A DNA stretch of 64,000 nt. Source: the human T2T-CHM13v2.0 reference genome, Homo sapiens. The DNA is taken from assembly GCF_009914755.1 (NCBI RefSeq), contig NC_060927.1. One strand, written 5' to 3'. The notes under the pieces are model-generated. The model worked only from the letters and a program-made list of their open reading frames with translations, did not search any database and was not told where the DNA came from. Shown here piece by piece: positions 52,401 to 64,000 of this stretch. Position numbers and translations under genes: made by a program. How positions within the stretch are numbered: position 1 is the stretch's first letter; every line of letters starts with the position of its first letter.

Positions 52401-55400
52401 CTCTCAGAGTTCAACCTTCCTTTTGATAGAAGAGGGTTGAAATATTCTTTTTGTAGAATTTCCAAGTGAATATTTAGAGCGGTTTCAGGCCTAAGTAGAA
52501 GAGAAAATATCTTCACAGAAAAACTAGACATAATTGTTCTCTGAAGCTACTTTGTGATGTGCGCATTCAGCTTACAGAGTTTAACCTTTCTTTGGATCGA
52601 GCGGTTTTAAACACTCTTTTTGTGGAATTTGCAATTCTATATTTAGAGTGCTTTCAGGCCTGTGGTACAAAAGGGAATGTCCTCACATAAAATCTAGACA
52701 GAAGCATTGTCGGAAACTACTTTGTGATTCCTGCCTTCAACTCTCAGAGTTGAATATTCCTCTTGATGGAGCAGTTTTGAAAAACTCTTTTTGTTGAATC
52801 TCCAAGTGGATATTTGGACCTCTTTGTGGCCTTCGTTTGAGACGTGACTTCTTCATACAAAAGTAGACAGAAGAATTCTCATCAACTTCTTCGTGATGTG
52901 TGCTTTCAACTCGCAGCGTTGAAGCTTCCTTTCGATAGAGCAGTTCTGTAACTCTCTTTTTGTAGAATTTCCAAGTGGATATTTAGCGCCGTTTGAGGCC
53001 AATGGTGGAAAAGGCAATATCTTCATAGAAAAACTAGACAGAATGATTCTCAGAAACTACTTGGTGATGTGTGCCTTCAACTCACAGAGTTTAACCTTTC
53101 TTTTGATAGAGCAGTTTTGAAAAACTCTTTTTGTAGAATCTGCATGTGTATATTGGGAATTTTCTGAGGCCATCTTTGGAAACGGGATTTCTTCATATAA
53201 AACTTGAAAGAAGAATCCTCAGAAAATTATTTGTGATATGTGCATTTAACTCATGGAGTTGAAACTTCCTTTCGATAGAAGAGTTTTGAAATACTCTTTT
53301 TGTAGAATTCCCAAGTGGATTTTTACAGCGGTTTGAGGTCTATGGCAGCAAAAGAAATATCTTCACAGAAAAACTAGGCAGATTCATTCTCCGAAGCTGC
53401 TTTGTGATGCTTGCATTCAGCTGACAGAGTTTAAACTTCCTTTGATAGAGAAGTTTTGAAAAACTCTTTTTGTGGAATTTGCAAGTGTCTCTTTAGAGCG
53501 TTTTGAGGCCTACAGTAGGAAAGGAAATATCTTCACCTAAAAACTAGACAGAAGTATTGTCAGAAACTTATTTGTGATATTTGCATTCAACGCACGGAGT
53601 TGAACATTCCTCTTGATGGAGCCGTTTTGAAGCACTCTTTTTGTGGAATCTGCAAGTGGATATTTGGACCTCTTTGTGGCCTTCGTGTGAAACGTGATTT
53701 CTTCATTTACAACTAGACAGAAGAATTCTCAGAAACTTCTTTGTGATGTGTACTTTCAACTCACGGAGTTGAAGCTTCCTTTCAATAGAGCACTTTTGAA
53801 ACTCAGTTTCTGTAGAATTTCCAGGTGGATATTTAGCGCCGTTTGAGGCCTATGGTGGAAAAGGCAATATCTTCGTAGAAAAACTAGACAGAATGATTCT
53901 CAGAAACAACTTTGTGATGTGTGCGTTCAACTCACGGAGTTTAACCTTTCTTTTGATAGACCAGTTATGAAACACTCTTTTTGTAGAATCTGCAAGTAAA
54001 TATTTGGACTTTTTTGAGGCCTTCATTGGAAACGGGATCTCTTCATATAAACCTTGACAGAAGAATTCCCAGAAACTTCTCTGTGATGTGTGCATTTAAC
54101 TCTCAGAGTTCAACCTTCATTTTGATAGAAGAGTGTTGAAGTATTCTTTCTGTAGAATTTCCAAGTGAATATTTAGAGCGGTTTCAGGCCTAAGTAGAAG
54201 AGAAAATATCGTCACAGAAAAACTAGACATAATTGTTCTCTGAAGCTACTTTGTGATGTGCGCATTCAGCTTACAGAGTTTAACCTTTCTTTGGATCGAG
54301 CGGTTTTAAACACTCTTTTTGTGGAATTTGCAATTCTATATTTAGAGTGCTTTCAGGCCTGTGGTACAAAAGGGAATGTCCTCACTTAAAATCTAGACAG
54401 AAGCATTGTCGGGAACTACTTTGTGATACCTGCCTTCAACTCTCAGAGTTGAATGTTCCTCTTGATGGAGCAGTTTTGAAAAACTCTTTTTGTTGAATCT
54501 CCAAGTGGATATTTGGACCTCTTTGTGGCCTTCGTTTGAGACGTGACTTCTTCATACAAAAGTAGACAGAAGAATTCTCATCAACTTCTTCGTGATGTGT
54601 GCTTTCAACTCGCAGCGTTGAAGCTTCCTTTCGATAGAGCAGTTCTGTAACTCTCTTTTTGTAGAATTTCCAAGTGGATATTTAGCGCCGTTTGAGGCCA
54701 ATGGTGGAAAAGGCAATATCTTCATAGAAAAACTAGACAGAATGATTCTCAGAAACTACTTTGTGATGTGTGCCTTCAACTCACAGAGTTTAACCTTTCT
54801 TTTGATAGAGCAGTTTTGAAAAACTCTTTTTGTAGAATCTGCAAGTGTATATTGGGACTTTTCTGAGGCCATCTTTGGAAACGGGATTTCTTCAGATAAA
54901 ACTTGAAAGAAGAATCCTCAGAAAATTATTTGTGATATGTGCATTTAACTCATGGAGTTGAAACTTCCTTTCGATAGAAGAGTTTTGAAATACTCTTTTT
55001 GTAGAATTCCCAAGTGGATTTTTACAGCGGTTTGAGGTCTATGACAGCAAAAGAAATATCTTCACAGAAAAACTAGGCAGATTCATTCTCCGAAGCTGTT
55101 TTGTGATGCTTGCATTCAGCTGACAGAGTTTAAACTTCCTTTGATAGAGCAGTTTTGAAACACTCTTTTTGTGGAATTTGCAAGTGTATATTTAGAGCGT
55201 TTTGAGGCCTACAGTAGGAAAGGAAATATCTTCACCTAAAAACTAGACAGAAGTATTGTCAGAAACTTATTTGTGATATTTGTATTCAACGCACGGAGTT
55301 GAACATTCCTCTTGATGGAGCCGTTTTGAAGCACTCTTTTTGTGGAATCTGCAAGTGGATATTTGGACCTCTTTGTGGCCTTCGTGTGAAACGTGATTTC

Positions 55401-58400
55401 TTCATTTACAACTAGACAGAAGAATTCTCAGAAACTTCTTTGTGATGTGTACTTTCAACTCACAGAGTTGAAGCTTCCTTTCAATAGAGCACTTTTGAAA
55501 CTCAGTTTCTGTAGAATTTCCAGGTGGATATTTAGCGCCGTTTGAGGCCTATGGTGGAAAAGGCAATATCTTCGTAGAAAAACTAGACAGAATGATTCTC
55601 AGAAACAACTTTGTGATGTGTGCGTTCAACTCACGGAGTTTAACCTTTCTTTTGATAGACCAGTTATGAAACACTCTTTTTGTAGAATCTGCAAGTAAAT
55701 ATTTGGACTTTTTTGAGGCCTTCATTGGAAACGGGATCTCCTCATATAAACCTTGACAGAAGAATTCCCAGAAACTTCTCTGTGATGTCTGCATTTAACT
55801 CTCAGAGTTCAACCTTCCTTTTGATAGAAGAGGGTTGAAATATTCTTTTTGTAGAATTTCCAAGTGAATATTTAGAGCGGTTTCAGGCCTAAGTAGAAGA
55901 GAAAATATCTTCACAGAAAAACTAGACATAATTGTTCTCTGAAGCTACTTTGTGATGTGCGCATTCAGCTTACAGAGTTTAAGCTTTCTTTGGATCGAGC
56001 GGTTTTAAACACTCTTTTTGTGGAATTTGCAATTCTATATTTAGAGTGCTTTCAGGCCTGTGGTACAAAAGGGAATGTCCTCAGATAAAATCTAGACAGA
56101 AGCATTGTCGGAAACTACTTTGTGATACCTGCCTTCAACTCTCAGAGTTGAATATTCCTCTTGATGGAGCAGTTTTGAAAAACTCTTTTTGTTGAATCTC
56201 CAAGTGGATATTTGGACCTCTTTGTGGCCTTCGTTTGAGACGTGACTTCTTCATACAAAAGCAGACAGAAGAATTCTCATCAACTTCTTCGTGATGTGTG
56301 CTTTCAACTCGCAGCGTTGAAGCTTCCTTTCGATAGAGCAGTTCAGTAACTCTCTTTTTGTAGAATTTCCAAGTGGATATTTAGCGCCGTTTGAGGCCAA
56401 TGGTGGAAAAGGCAATATCTTCATAGAAAAACTAGACAGAATGATTCTCAGAAACTACTTTGTGATGTGTGCCTTCAACTCACAGAGTTATCCTTTCTTT
56501 TGATAGAGCAGTTTTGAAAAACTCTTTTTGTAGAATCTGCAAGTGTATATTGGGACTTTTCTGAGGCCATCTTTGGAAACGGGATTTCTTCATATAAAAC
56601 TTGAAAGAAGAATCCTCAGAAAATTATTTGTGATATGTGCATTTAACTCATGGAGTTGAAACTTCCTTTCGATAGAAGAGTTTTGAAATACTCTTTTTGT
56701 AGAATTTCCAAGTGGATTTTTACAGCGGTTTGAGGTCTATGGCAGCAAAAGAAATATCTTCACAGAAAAACTAGGCAGATTCATTCTCCGAAGCTGTTTT
56801 GTGATGCTTGCATTCAGCTGACAGAGTTTAAACTTCCTTTGATAGAGCAGTTTGGAAACACTCTTTTTGTGGAATTTGCAAGTGTATATTTAGAGCGTTT
56901 TGAGGCCTACAGTAGGAAAGGAAATATCTTCACCTAAAAACTAGACAGAAGTATTGTCAGAAACTTATTTGTGATATTTGCATTCAACGCACGGAGTTGA
57001 ACATTCCTCTTGATGGAGCCGTTTTGAAGCACTCTTTTTGTGGAATCTGCAAGTGGATATTTGGACCTCTTTGTGGCCTTCGTGGGAAACGTGATTTCTT
57101 CACTAACAACTAGACAGAAGAATTCTCAGAAACTTCTTTGTGATGTGTACTTTCAACTCACAGAGTTGAAGCTTCCTTTCAATAGAGCACTTTTGAAACT
57201 CAGTTTCTGTAGAATTTCCAGGTGGATATTTAGCGCCGTTTGAGGCCTATGGTGGAAAAGGCAATATCTTCGTAGAAAAACTAGACAGAATGATTCTCAG
57301 AAACAACTTTGTGATGTGTGCGTTCAACTCACGGAGTTTAACCTTTCTATTGATAGACTAGTTATGAAACACTCTTTTTGTAGAATCTGCAAGTAAATAT
57401 TTGGACTTTTTTGAGGCCTTCATTGGAAACGGGATCTCTTCATATAAACCTTGACAGAAAAATTCCCAGAAACTTCTCTGTGATGTGTGCATTTAACTCT
57501 CAGAGTTCAACCTTCCTTTTGATAGAAGAGGGTTGAAATATTCTTTTTGTAGAATTTCCAAGTGAATATTTAGAGCGGTTTCAGGCCTAAGTAGAAGAGA
57601 AAATATCTTCACAGAAAAACTAGACATAATTGTTCTCTGAAGCTACTTTGTGATGTGCGCATTCAGCTTACAGAGTTTAACCTTTCTTTGGATCGAGCGG
57701 TTTTAAACACTCTTTTTGTGGAATTTGCAATTCTATATTTAGAGTGCTTTCAGGCCTGTGGTACAAAAGAGAATGTCCTCACATAAAATCTAGACAGAAG
57801 CATTGTCGGAAACTACTTTGTGATACCTGCCTTCAACTCTCAGAGTTGAATATTCCTCTTGATGGAGCAGTTTTGAAAAACTCTTTTTGTTGAATCTCCA
57901 AGTGGATATTTGGACCTCTTTGTGGCCTTCGTTTGAGACGTGACTTCTTCATACAAAAGTAGACAGAAGAATTCTCATCAACTTCTTCGTGATGTGTGCT
58001 TTCAACTCGCAGCGTTGAAGCTTCCTTTCGATAGAGCAGTTCGGTAACTCTCTTTTTGTAGAATTTCCAAGTGGATATTTAGCGCCGTTTGAGGCCAATG
58101 GTGGAAAAGGCAATATCTTCATAGAAAAACTAGACAGAATGATTCTCAGAAACTACTTTGTGATGTGTGCCTTCAACTCACAGAGTTTAACCTTTCTTTT
58201 GATAGAGCAGTTTTGAAAAACTCTTTTTGTAGAATCTGCAAGTGTATATTGGGAATTTTCTGAGGCCATCTTTGGAAACGGGATTTCTTCATATAAAACT
58301 TGAAAGAAGAATCCTCAGAAAATTATTTGTGATATGTGCATTTAACTCATGGAGTTGAAACTTCCTTTCGATGGAAGAGTTTTGAAATACTCTTTTTGTA

Positions 58401-61400
58401 GAATTTCCAAGTGGATTTTTACAGCGGTTTGAGGTCTATGGCAGAAAAAGAAATATCTTCACAGAAAAACAAGGCAGATTCATTCTCCGAAGCTGCTTTG
58501 TGATGCTTGCATTCAGCTGACAGAGTTTAAACTTCCTTTGATAGAGCAGTTTTGAAACACTCTTTTTGTGGAATTTGCAAGTGTATATTTAGAGCGTTTT
58601 GAGGCCTACAGTAGGAAAGGAAATACCTTCACCTAAAAACTAGACAGAAGTATTGTCAGAAACTTATTTGTGATATTTGCATTCAACGCACGGAGTTGAA
58701 CATTCCTCTTGATGGAGCCGTTTTGAAGCACTCTTTTTGTGGAATCTGCAAGTGGATATTTGGACCTCTTTGTGGCCTTCGTGGGAAACGTGATTTCTTC
58801 ATTTACAACTAGACAGAAGAATTCTCAGAAACTTCTTTGTGATGTGTACTTTCAACTCACAGAGTTGAAGCTTCCTTTCAATAGAGCACCTTTGAAACTC
58901 AGTTTCTGTAGAATTTCCAGGTGGATATTTAACGCCGTTTGAGGCCTATGGTGGAAAAGGCAATATCTTCGTAGAAAAACTAGACAGAATGATTCTCAGA
59001 AACAACTTTGTGATGTGTGCGTTCAACTCACGGAGTTTAACCTTTCTTTTGATAGACTAGTTATGAAACACTCTTTTTGTAGAATCTGCAAGTAAATATT
59101 TGGACTTTTTTGAGGCCTTCATTGGAAACGGGATCTCTTCATATAAACCTTGACAGAAGAATTCCCAGAAAATTCTCTGTGATGTGTGCATTTAACTCTC
59201 AGAGTTCAACCTTCCTTTTGATAGAAGAGGGTTGAAATATTCTTTTTGTAGAATTTCCAAGTGAATATTTAGAGCGGTTTCAGGCCTAAGTAGAATAGAA
59301 AATATCTTCACAGAAAAACTAGACATAATTGTTCTCTGAAGCTACTTTGTGATGTGCGCATTCAGCTTACAGAGTTTAAGCTTTCTTTGGATAGAGCGGT
59401 TTTAAACACTCTTTTTGTGGAATTTGCAATTCTATATTTAGAGTGCTTTCAGGCCTGTGGTACAAAAGGGAATGTCCTCACATAAAATCTAGACAGAAGC
59501 ATTGTCGGAAACTACTTTGTGATACCTGCCTTCAACTCTCAGAGTTGAATGTTCCTCTTGATGGAGCAGTTTTGAAAAACTCTCTTTGTTGAATCTCCAA
59601 GTGGATATTTGGACCTCTTTGTGGCCTTCGTTTGAGACGTGACTCCTTCATACAAAACTAGACAGAAGAATTCTCATAAACTTCTTCGTGATGTGTGCTT
59701 TCAACTCGCAGCGTTGAAGCTTCCTTTCGATAGAGCAGTTCTGTAACTCTCTTTTTGTAGAATTTCCAAGTGGATATTTAGCGCCGTTTGAGGCCTATGG
59801 TGGAAAAGGCAATATCTTCATAGAAAAACTAGACAGAATGATTCTCAGAAACTACTTTGTGATGTGTGCCTTCAACTCACAGAATTTAACCTTTCTTTTG
59901 ATAGAGCAGTTTTGAAAAACTCTTTTTGTAGAATCTGCAAGTGTATATTTGGACTTTTCTGAGGCCATCTTTGGAAACGGGATTTCTTCATATAAAACTT
60001 GAAAGAAGAATCCTCAGAAAATTATTTGTGATATGTGCATTTAACTCATGGAGTTGAAACTTCCTTTCGATAGAAGAGTTTTGAAATACTCTTTTTGTAG
60101 AATTTCCAAGTGGATTTTTACAGCGGTTTGAGGTCTATGGCAGCAAAAGAAATATCTTCACAGAAAAACTAGGCAGATTCATTCTCCGAAGCTGCTTTGT
60201 GATGCTTGCATTCAGCTGACAGAGTTTAAACTTCCTTTGATAGAGAAGTTTTGAAAAACTCTTTTTGTGGAATTTGCAAGTGTCTCTTTAGAGCGTTTTG
60301 AGGCCTACAGTAGGAAAGGAAATATCTTCACCTAAAAACTAGACAGAAGTATTGTCAGAAACTTATTTGTGATATTTGCATTCAACGCACGGAGTTGAAC
60401 ATTCCTCTTGATGAAGCCGTTTTGAAGCACTCTTTTTGTGGAATCTGCAAGTGGATATTTGGACCTCTTTGTGGCCTTCGTGGGAAACGTGATTTCTTCA
60501 TTTACAACTAGACAGAAGAATTCTCAGAAACTTCTTTGTGATGTGTACTTTCAACTCACAGAGTTGAAGCTTCCTTTCAATAGAGCACTTTTGAAACTCA
60601 GTTTCTGTAGAATTTCCAGGTGGATATTTACCGCCGTTTGAGGCCTATGGTGGAAAAGGCAATATCTTCGTAGAAAAACTAGACAGAATGATTCTCAGAA
60701 ACAACTTTGTGATGTGTGCGTTCAACTCACGGAGTTTAACCTTTCTTTTGATAGACCAGTTATGAAACACTCTTTTTGTAGAATCTGCAAGTAAATATTT
60801 GGACTTTTTTGAGGCCTTCATTGGAAACGGGATCTCTTCATATAAACCTTGACAGAAGAATTCCCAGAAACTTCTCTGTGATGTGAGGATTTAACTCTCA
60901 GAGTTCAACCTTCCTTTTGATAGAAGAGGGTTGAAATATTCTTTTCGTAGAATTTCCAAGTGAATATTTAGAGCGGTTTCAGGCCTATGTAGAAGAGAAA
61001 ATATCTTCACAGAAAAACTAGACATAAGTGTTCTCTGAAGCTACTTTGTGATGTGCGCATTCAGCTTACAGAGTTTAAACTTTCTTTGTATAGAGTGGTT
61101 CTAAACACTCTTTTTGTGGAATTTGCAATTCTATATTTAGAGTGCTTTCAGGCCTGTGGTACAAAAGGGAATGTCCTCACATAAAATCTAGACACAAGCA
61201 TTGTCGGAAACTACTTTGTGATACCTGCCTTCAACTCTCAGAGTTGAATATTCCTCTTGATGGAGCAGCTTTGAAAAACTCTTTTTGTTGAATCTCCAAG
61301 TGGATATTTGGACCTCTTTGTGGCCTTCATTTGAGACGTGACTTCTTCATACAAAACTAGACAGAAGAATTCTCATAAACTTCTTCGTGATGTGTGCTTT

Positions 61401-64000
61401 CAACTCGCAGCGTTGAAGCTTCCTTTCGATAGAGCAGTTTTTTAACTCTCTTTATGTAGAATTTCCAAGTGGATATTTAACGCCGTTTGAGGCCAATGGT
61501 GGAAAAGGCAATATCTTCATAGAAAAACTAGACAGAATGATTCTCAGAAACTACTTTGTGATGTGTGCCTTCAACTCACAGAGTTTAACCTTTCTTTTGA
61601 TAGAGCAGTTCTGAAAAACTCTTTTGGTAGAATCTGCAAGTGTATCTTGGGACTTTTCTGAGGCCATCTTTGGAAACGGGATTTCTTCATATAAAACTTG
61701 AAAGAAGAATCCTCAGAAAATTATATGTGATATGTGCATTTAACTCATGGAGTTGAAACTTCCTTTCGATAGAAGAGTTTTGAAATACTCTTTTTGTAGA
61801 ATTTCCAAGTGGATTTTTACAGCGGTGTGAGGTCTATGGCAGCAAAGGAAATATCTTCACAGAAAAACTAGGCAGATTCATTCTCCGAAGCTGTTTTGTG
61901 ATGCTTGCATTCAGCTGACAGAGTTTAAACTTCCTTTGATAGAGCAGTTTTGAAACCCTCTTTTTGTGGAATTTGCAAGTGTATATTTAGAGCGTTTTGA
62001 GGCCTACAGTAGGAAAGGAAATATCTTCACCTAAAAACTAGACAGAAGTATTGTCAGAAACTTATTTGTGATATTTGCATTCAACGCACGGAGTTGAACA
62101 TTCCTCTTGATGGAGCCGTTTTGAAGCACTCTTTTTGTGGAATCTGCAAGTGGATATTTGGACCTCTTTGTGGCCTTCGTGTGAAACGTTATTTCTTCAT
62201 TTACAACTAGACAGAAGAATTCTCAGAAACTTCTTTGTGATGTGTACTTTCAACTCCCAGAGTTGAAGCTTCCTTTCAATAGAGCACTTCTGAAACTCAG
62301 TTTCTGTAGAATTTCCAGGTGGATATTTAGCACCGTTTGAGGCCTATGGTGGAAAAGGCAATATCTTCGTAGAAAAACTAGACAGAATGATTCTCAGAAA
62401 CAACTTTGTGATGTGTGCGTTCAACTCACGGCGTTTAACCTTTCTTTTGATAGACCAGTTATGAAACACTCTTTTTGTAGAATCTGCAAGTAAATATTTG
62501 GACTTTTTTGAGGCCTTCATTGGAAACGGGATTTCTTCATATAAACCTTGACAGAAGAATTCCCAGAAACTTCTCTGTGATGTGTGCATTTAACTCTCAG
62601 AGTTCAACCTTCCTTTTGATAGAAGAGGGTTGAAATATTCTTTTTGTAGAATTTCCAAGTGAATATTTAGAGCGGTTTCAGGCCTATGTAGAAGAGAAAA
62701 TATCTTCACAGAAAAACTAGACATAACTGTTCTCTGAAGCTACTTTGTGATGTGCGCATTCAGCTTACAGAGTTTAACCTTTCTTTGGATAGAGCGGTTT
62801 TAAACACTCTTTTTGTGGAATTTGCAATTCTATATTTAGAGTGCTTTCAGGCCTGTGGTACAAAAGGGAATGTCCTCACATAAAATCTAGACAGAAGCAT
62901 TGTCGGAAACTACTTTGTGATACCTGCCTTCAACTCTCAGAGTTGAATATTCCTCTTGATGGAGCAGTTTTGAAAAACTCTTTTTGTTGAATCTCCAAGT
63001 GGATATTTGGACCTCTTTGTGGCCTTCGTTTGAGACGTGACTGCTTCATACAAAAGTAGACAGAAGAATTCTCATCAACTTCTTCGTGATGTGTGCTTTC
63101 AACTCGCAGCGTTGAAGCTTCCTTTCGATAGAGCAGTTCTGTAACTCTCTTTTTGTAGAATTTCCAAGTGGATATTTAGCGCCGTTTGAGGACTATGGTG
63201 GAAAAGGCAATATCTTCATAGAAAAACTAGACAGAATGATTCTCAGAAACTACTTTGTGATGTGTGCCTTCAACTCACAGAGTTTAACCTTTCTTTTGAT
63301 AGAGCAGTTTTGAAAAACTCTTTTTGTAGAATCTGCAAGTGTATATTGGGACTTTTCTGAGGCCATCTTTGGAAACGGGATTTCTTCATATAAAACTTGA
63401 AAGAAGAATCCTCAGAAAATTACTTGTGATATGTGCATTTAACTCATGGAGTTGAAACTTCCTTTCGATAGAAGAGTTTTGAAATACTCTTTTTGTAGAA
63501 TTTCCAAGTGGATTTTTACAGCGGTTTGAGGTCTATGGCAGAAAAAGAAATATCTTCACAGAAAAACAAGGCAGATTCATTCTCCGAAGCTGTTTTGTGA
63601 TGCTTGCATTCAGCTGACAGAGTTTAAACTTCCTTTGATAGAGCAGTTTTGAAACACTCTTTTTGTGGAATTTGCAAGTGTATATTTAGAGCGTTTTGAG
63701 GCCTACAGTAGGAAAGGAAATACCTTCACCTAAAAACTAGACAGAAGTATTGTCAGAAACTTATTTGTGATATTTGCATTCAACGCACGGAGTTGAACAT
63801 TCCTCTTGATGGAGCCGTTTTGAAGCACTCTTTTTGTGGAATCTGCAAGTGGATATTTGGACCTCTTTGTGGCCTTCGTGGGAAACGTGATTTCTTCATT
63901 TACAACTAGACAGAAGAATTCTCAGAAACTTCTTTGTGATGTGTACTTTCAACTCACAGAGTTGAAGCTTCCTTTCAATAGAGCACCTTTGAAACTCAGT

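Larger units (their letters stand above)
1..64000 (+). repeat. Alpha-satellite (alphoid) centromeric tandem array, ~170-bp monomers, single orientation
   Basis: Hallmark alphoid motifs (attctcagaaact..tttgtgatgtgtgc.ttcaactcacagagtt; ctctttttgtagaatctgcaagtggatatttgg; aaactagacagaa) recur every ~170 bp from start to end, with no non-alphoid sequence seen. Confidence 0.99.
1..64000 (+). repeat. Probable identity: SF01-type 10-mer HOR of human chr3 (S01C3H2 / D3-2), inactive array
   Basis: 1.7-kb 10-mer with a 2x pentamer structure and degenerate CENP-B boxes. Assignment is from recollection of the family, not from a database search. A great-ape orthologue or another 10-mer cannot be excluded. 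Confidence 0.6.

Noticed and set aside
1836-60641. Recurrent 64-70 aa ORFs (MESASGYLDL..., MRPSLETG..., MDLPSFSV...)
   Set aside because: They appear only where a haplotype SNV removes a stop or creates a start, mostly non-ATG. They are useful as haplotype markers, not genes.
344-62589. Recurrent 81-aa minus-strand ORF (MHTSQRSFWEFF...)
   Set aside because: It is a chance stop-free frame on the reverse strand of alphoid monomers M2-M4. It recurs with the HOR period, is lost by random SNVs in many copies, and has no recognisable domain or gene context.
1-64000. CRISPR-like or novel repeat-spacer system
   Set aside because: There are no unique spacers. The sequence between conserved motifs is itself repeated every 170, 849 and 1699 bp, and no associated genes are present.
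1-64000. L1/Alu insertion or inversion within the array
   Set aside because: HOR anchors are continuous at 1697-1699 bp (one 849-bp shift) on the same strand, leaving no room for inserted or inverted sequence.

Overview
The whole 64 kb window is uninterrupted primate alpha-satellite DNA (~170-bp monomers, about 376 of them). All monomers lie in one orientation, and I see no genes, transposons or inversions. They form a 10-monomer higher-order repeat (HOR) of 1699 bp made of two diverged pentamers (849/850 bp, B-A-B-A-A box pattern), about 37.7 HOR lengths in total. From memory, not from a search, it resembles the human chromosome 3 SF01 10-mer S01C3H2 (D3-2). All four CENP-B box positions per HOR are mutated in essential bases, which points to an inactive (non-kinetochore) array. 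The ORF track is spurious: the ORFs simply recur with the HOR period. I found no new gene system. The interest is in the recombination record: two independent 2-HOR super-repeats (3398 and 3396 bp), a 15-mer variant whose junction coincides with a haplotype switch, one foreign-haplotype HOR inserted in phase into a super-repeat, dispersed block duplications, short conversion-like patches and locally divergent copies. Haplotype labels A/B/C and monomer labels M1-M10 are my own, and variant calls were read by eye.
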